NCBI GenBank assembly: GCA_001687465.1
Contig: LVLI01000295.1
Span: forward strand, 124,001-188,000
Length of the DNA stretch: 64,000 bases
Direction of reading: 5' to 3'
Source of the DNA: Halocafeteria seosinensis
Lineage: Eukaryota
Shown here: positions 59,701 to 64,000 of the stretch, one piece after another
Numbering within the stretch: position 1 is the stretch's first letter
How the letters are laid out: the number at the start of each line of letters is the position of its first letter
Position numbers and translations under genes: made by a program
Notes under the pieces: model-generated
Database searches by the model: none
What the model saw: only the letters and a program-made list of their open reading frames with translations
Told to the model about the DNA's origin: nothing

Positions 59701-62019
59701 ATCATGCAAACTGATGCCCCCTTCAATATCGGCATGGCAAAAAAATGTGAGCACCTGAGTAGATTTGCATGGTCGGTCGGTCATTGATGGGAACTGACAT
59801 ATTTCAAGCAACTAAACAAACAAACACTTACCTCCAGGGGTGAATCTTCTCCAGATTCCTTCTGCTCTTCTTCAGCACTAGCTAAAGCGTCACCAAGTCT
59901 CTCGGTTTGGACTGCTAGAAGCTTTGGTTCTGTTTGGTCCCATGTATGATGGATGGGGAGCCGGCTTTGAGACAACTTATGGGAATAAACAACATCACTG
60001 TCTCCATCATAGACAAATATTTTCGAAGCGATTACAAGGTTGTTCCCCATTTCATTCTCATTGGCTCCCGAGTCGTCCTGCCTGGTGGCGGCAACCATTG
60101 AGACTCGTTGCCCATCGCAACTGCACTGTATACTTAACATCTCTCCCAATGAATTACCTGTTTTTGGATCTTGGAAGAAACCTTCATGAATGCGTGTTGG
60201 CGCTTCCGCGTCTATATCGTAAACAAAAATTCTACCATTGGATGTTGAAATAGCCATATACTTCGAGTTTTTTGCTAGACACTGAGGCGCCCCATCCATC
60301 TCACTAAGTTGAATTCGGTCCTTTACGTTCCCTTGCAAATCCATGGCTACAACTTGGTTATCACTCTTGATTGCGGCAAAGATAGTATCGGCATAAATAA
60401 TGAAGGCGCTGCATTTGACGTCAAGGGTGGAGACCAATTTCGCATTCAGCATCCCAGGCTCTGGAGTATCGAGCTCGTAGACCTCGGCTCCAAATCCACT
60501 CCATACGATGATGTGTCTGGCGGAGCAATCAATTCCTTTCACGATTTTCCCTGTTCCTAATGTGATGTTTTCTTCGTCTCCTACAGAAATAACTACTTCT
60601 TTGATCGCACTTTGCATGACCTTAACTTTGCGATAGAACGCCCTTCGGACCTCCGCTTCACTCCATATTGAGACGCTTGTTTCAGTGTTTCCTGTCAGTA
60701 TAGACTTACTAGGGCACCAATCAAGCGAGTGAACAGGGGTCTTTTGTTCAGTGGTAACGACTTCAATGAGACTCCAGTCTTTCTCACTCGATGGGTTGGG
60801 AGCCTTGCTGGTTGTACTTTCAGGGCTACTCGACGATTGTGAGCGCTGTTCTTGGCGGTTGGCAGCGCCTAGATATCTCCATAATACTATTTTCCCTTCA
60901 GCAGTTCCCACCGAGAGAATACTCTTCAGGGGATTAAAGGCAATGCAGTTGACCTTGTCAGCTTTTGATACCCCATGCGATCCGAGGGAGGAGAGTTTGA
61001 TTCCATAGTTTTCTTCCCCGAAGACATCCCAAATTCGCACTTGACCCTCTTCGTCTGATATGGTTGCCAGCAGTCCGGGGCCAACGGAGGCAGCCTGCTT
61101 GATACCCTTGCTTGATTTTACAGATATCTTAGCTCGTAACAGAGTACTCAGCGTGCCGTCAGTAGCTACTTGGAGCTGAGTCATTAGCAGATTTCTCGTG
61201 ATGATAGTCAATCTCCCACTACTCGGAAAGTACTCCATTACATCGATAGGCGACGTCAAATTTGTCAGCACGTCGACGCAGGTACCCATGTCATCCGTGT
61301 AGAAGACGATACCCGTATCTCCACCGATTAGCATCGACGTAAGTCTAGCAGACATGCCCGCACTAGTAGCGTCCATTCCTTGGTCGTGTTCATCTCCTAG
61401 GACCGTCACACCGATGAACGCACACTGTGTGATAGCCCCACTCTTTTGGTAATGTTGGAGCAGTGCAGGCCTCATTCGGGTGTCAAGTTTCCATATCGCC
61501 GCCGTCCCATGTTCATCTCCCGTTACCAGCCGCTCTCCGTCAGGACTCCATTTTATGAGCGAAATGGCTCCCGTGTGTATAGAGGTATCATCTGAGGCTG
61601 TAAAATCGTTTGCATCCACGCTCGTAATGGTACCTGCATATCAAACAATCGTGTGTGTAATGAGCCGAGCCGAGTAGCGAGCGCGGGCTGCTGAAGCCAG
61701 TAGAAGGGGCCAAGAACGTACCGTTCGACCATCCAATCGTGAGAACCAGCTTGGAGGGATGCCATACTAACTTGGTTGGAATCGAGGCTCGTTCCACCGC
61801 GTTCGGGAGTTCATCACCCTGTGTATGACACGATGCATGGATGATGCTGGAAGGCCATAACAAGATAATTGGCAGCATACATGTACATACCTCCTCAGAA
61901 TAAAATCTCACTCCATCATCGTACGAGACGGCCGCTAGAGGCTCTGTATCGCAGATAGCGCATGTTAACGGCGGCTTCCCCTCCGGATGAGGCTCGCATT
62001 GGAAGCTAAAATACGACAT
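56788..62019 (-). CDS. IFT140: Intraflagellar transport protein 140 (IFT-A)
   Basis: WD40 N-half; '[18 protein letters not shown]', '[16 protein letters not shown]', '[10 protein letters not shown]', '[33 protein letters not shown]', 'EIDEYRNY'; many introns. Confidence 0.96.
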
Positions 62020-62292
62020 TTCCAGACTTTATTTCGTCCCAGCGCCAATCATCCACAGTAGACAAGACAATTGAGCAGCTGTCTAAGAAAGGAGCAGGCG
62101 AATTAATCCAAGGTCTATGGAGCATAAAGGGACTGCTTAACGCCCTCCTCTTGGCTCGCGCCCCAACTTCAAGGAACGCTGAATTGATGAATGCTACACC
62201 ATATAACTCTCCCAGAGCTGCGTGCATGCCATGAGGGTAATGTGAATTGTTTTCGTGTTTAGTCGTGTCCGAATGTACAGACAAATGGAGAA

Positions 62293-63394
62293 ATGACGAT
62301 TCGACGTCGTGCACCATTCAGCAATCGGTCATTGTATCTGTACAATGAGGAACATGTCGAGTTCGATGGCATTAAGAATAAGTCCATTCGGACAGGGTAT
62401 AGGTGGAAATACTCGTTACAAGAGACTCTATTGAGCTTGTTTGTCCTTCATAATGACACGTGGAACATATGGACCCATCTGCTGGCGTTTATATGCTTCC
62501 TATTCCTCATGGCCAAACTCCCCGCAGGTGAGCACTTCTGGATATTGTGTCTATCTCGTAAATAGGGGAAAAAAAAATGTGGAATGGTTCTTGTTTTTCT
62601 TCGCAGAGCTTCCCGAATCGGCATCTGGGTTTGATACCGCGGTATTCTCGTTCTACATAGCGACCGCGCAAGTGTGCTTCTTCCTCAGCGCCAGTTACCA
62701 TTTGCTGCGATGCATCAGTCCGAAGTTTTACACATTATGGTACACGTTGGATCTGACGGGAATATGCTGTCTTATAGTGGGCAGCTACATCATTGGAGTC
62801 TATAATGCGTTCTATTGTGACCAATTCATGGCCGCCGTGTATTTGGGCACCCTCGGCACATTTATCGCTGTTACAATGCTTTTCACATTGCATCCGAAAT
62901 ACAGAGGTGTAGAGTACGATAACTTTCGAGTAGCATCTTTAAGTGGTGCTGTAACATTTGGCATTGTGCCGAGTATCCATTGGCTGATTCGCTGTCAATC
63001 GGAGAAATGCCCATTCTCCTTGATTTGGCCCCTCATTGCAATGTAAGTGAGGATAGGTTTCTAACGTTCTTGTCGTATTTCTCAGATTATATGAGCCGCC
63101 CAGGTTTTTGTGTTATGGGATTGGTTTCGCCTTTTTTGCCACTGGCTTCCCTGAGGCATACTTCCCCGGTTGGTTTGACTTGCACTTGTCAAGTCATCAA
63201 TGGGTACGTGCCACAAATTGGCCACGTTCATCTACATGAAACGCTGAATTGTTGCTGCATATGGAAATTTTTGTACTTGATCCCTGCAGTGGCATATTAT
63301 GGTATTCTTAGCTGCATTCATATGGACTTTTGGTATGCGCGATTACTTTATTTGGCGTCTAAGTCATCATGAGGCCTGTCGACAGCCCACCTGA
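62293..63394 (+). CDS. PAQR / adiponectin-receptor-like (HlyIII/CREST) membrane protein
   Basis: 'IRTGYR', 'SLFVLHNDTWNIWTH', 'SASYH', 'LDLTGI', 'FPE.YFPGWFD..SSHQWWH'; three introns. Confidence 0.92.
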
Positions 63395-63683
63395 AGGAAG
63401 TGCAAGTGTGCCTCGCTACACACAAAACTATATGTCCACCATCACCCGACTGCTAAGGTACGAGAATGGCAGATATAGAAAGTACAAAGTGGACTCGCGG
63501 TGAGAAGTTGATTGATTGAAGACACTCTAGCGGTACCGCGAACTTAAAAGTCTTCCTCAGCAGGTCTGGAAATTCCGGTTGTTTCGCAGCGCTACCGGGA
63601 AGAGCATAAACAAAACTTGCATACACAGGACACACAGGTGGTAAAGTGGAGGATAAAAGTACCTTTGACTTCAATTGATCCAC

Positions 63684-63905
63684 ATGAATATTGCGTTACA
63701 TGCTCCCGAATTAGTCGAGAAACATATAGAAGGTAACGAGGCTTCATGCTGCGCAATATGAGCTAGGGATCAAAATGGGGAAAACTTGCTTCACTTAGCT
63801 GCTCGCGTGGGATCTATTAAGTGTCTAGAAACTATAGTGGTGCGACTGGTCGACTTGCACTTGTCAAGTCATCAATGCGTATGTTCAGTCTGGTCTTTCT
63901 GCTGA
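63684..63905 (+). pseudogene. Ankyrin-repeat fragment with in-frame stop, fused to a duplicated PAQR exon end
   Basis: '..CCAI*ARDQNGENLLHLAARVGSIKCLETIV..DLHLSSHQ'. Confidence 0.55.
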
Positions 63906-64000
63906 GTTTGTTTATAATGGTCTATATAAAATTGTTCACATTCTCCACAATCTACTTTATCTTTCATTACACCAATCAAAACTAGCAACGCTCTTAGTGT

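Noticed and set aside
25030..63761. In-frame TGA codons in fragments (~25033, ~29650, ~63759) suggesting recoding or selenocysteine
   Set aside because: Intact genes (JmjC, OST48, GCP2, PAQR) end in TGA, and no conserved gene has an internal stop. Decay explains the fragments.

Overview
Gene-dense eukaryotic nuclear DNA from a flagellated protist. It uses the standard code, and the introns I traced are canonical GT-AG, mostly about 55-100 nt. IFT140 and an outer-dynein-arm docking-like gene indicate motile flagella; the gene set looks like a heterotrophic stramenopile, but that is inference. About 23 genes are recognisable by motif: OSCA/TMEM63-like channel (partial), ODAD/CCDC114-like, type-B carboxylesterase, YAF9/YEATS4, GNPTG-like MRH protein, F-box+JmjC, DDX21, DHH/DHHA1 phosphoesterase, tail-anchored TPR, SPFH/stomatin, LIN37-like, Cys-rich multi-TM WW protein, GCP2, Mrc1/Claspin-like, NF-YC-like, OST48, CPSF30-YTH-DCD, Mid1/FAM155-like, MscS-like, AKTIP-like UEV, GLUG-repeat protein, IFT140 and PAQR. 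There is also a frameshifted LRR pseudogene. Best leads: (1) a 3-exon Mid1/NLF-1/FAM155-type gene, split across separate ORF-track fragments, head-to-head with an EF-hand MscS channel; (2) a split LIN37 gene plus clustered CHR/E2F-like motifs at cell-cycle promoters; (3) CPSF30 with a degenerate YTH cage and an added DCD domain. No rRNA, tRNA, CRISPR array or intact transposon was recognised. All family calls come from motif recognition by eye, not database searches.
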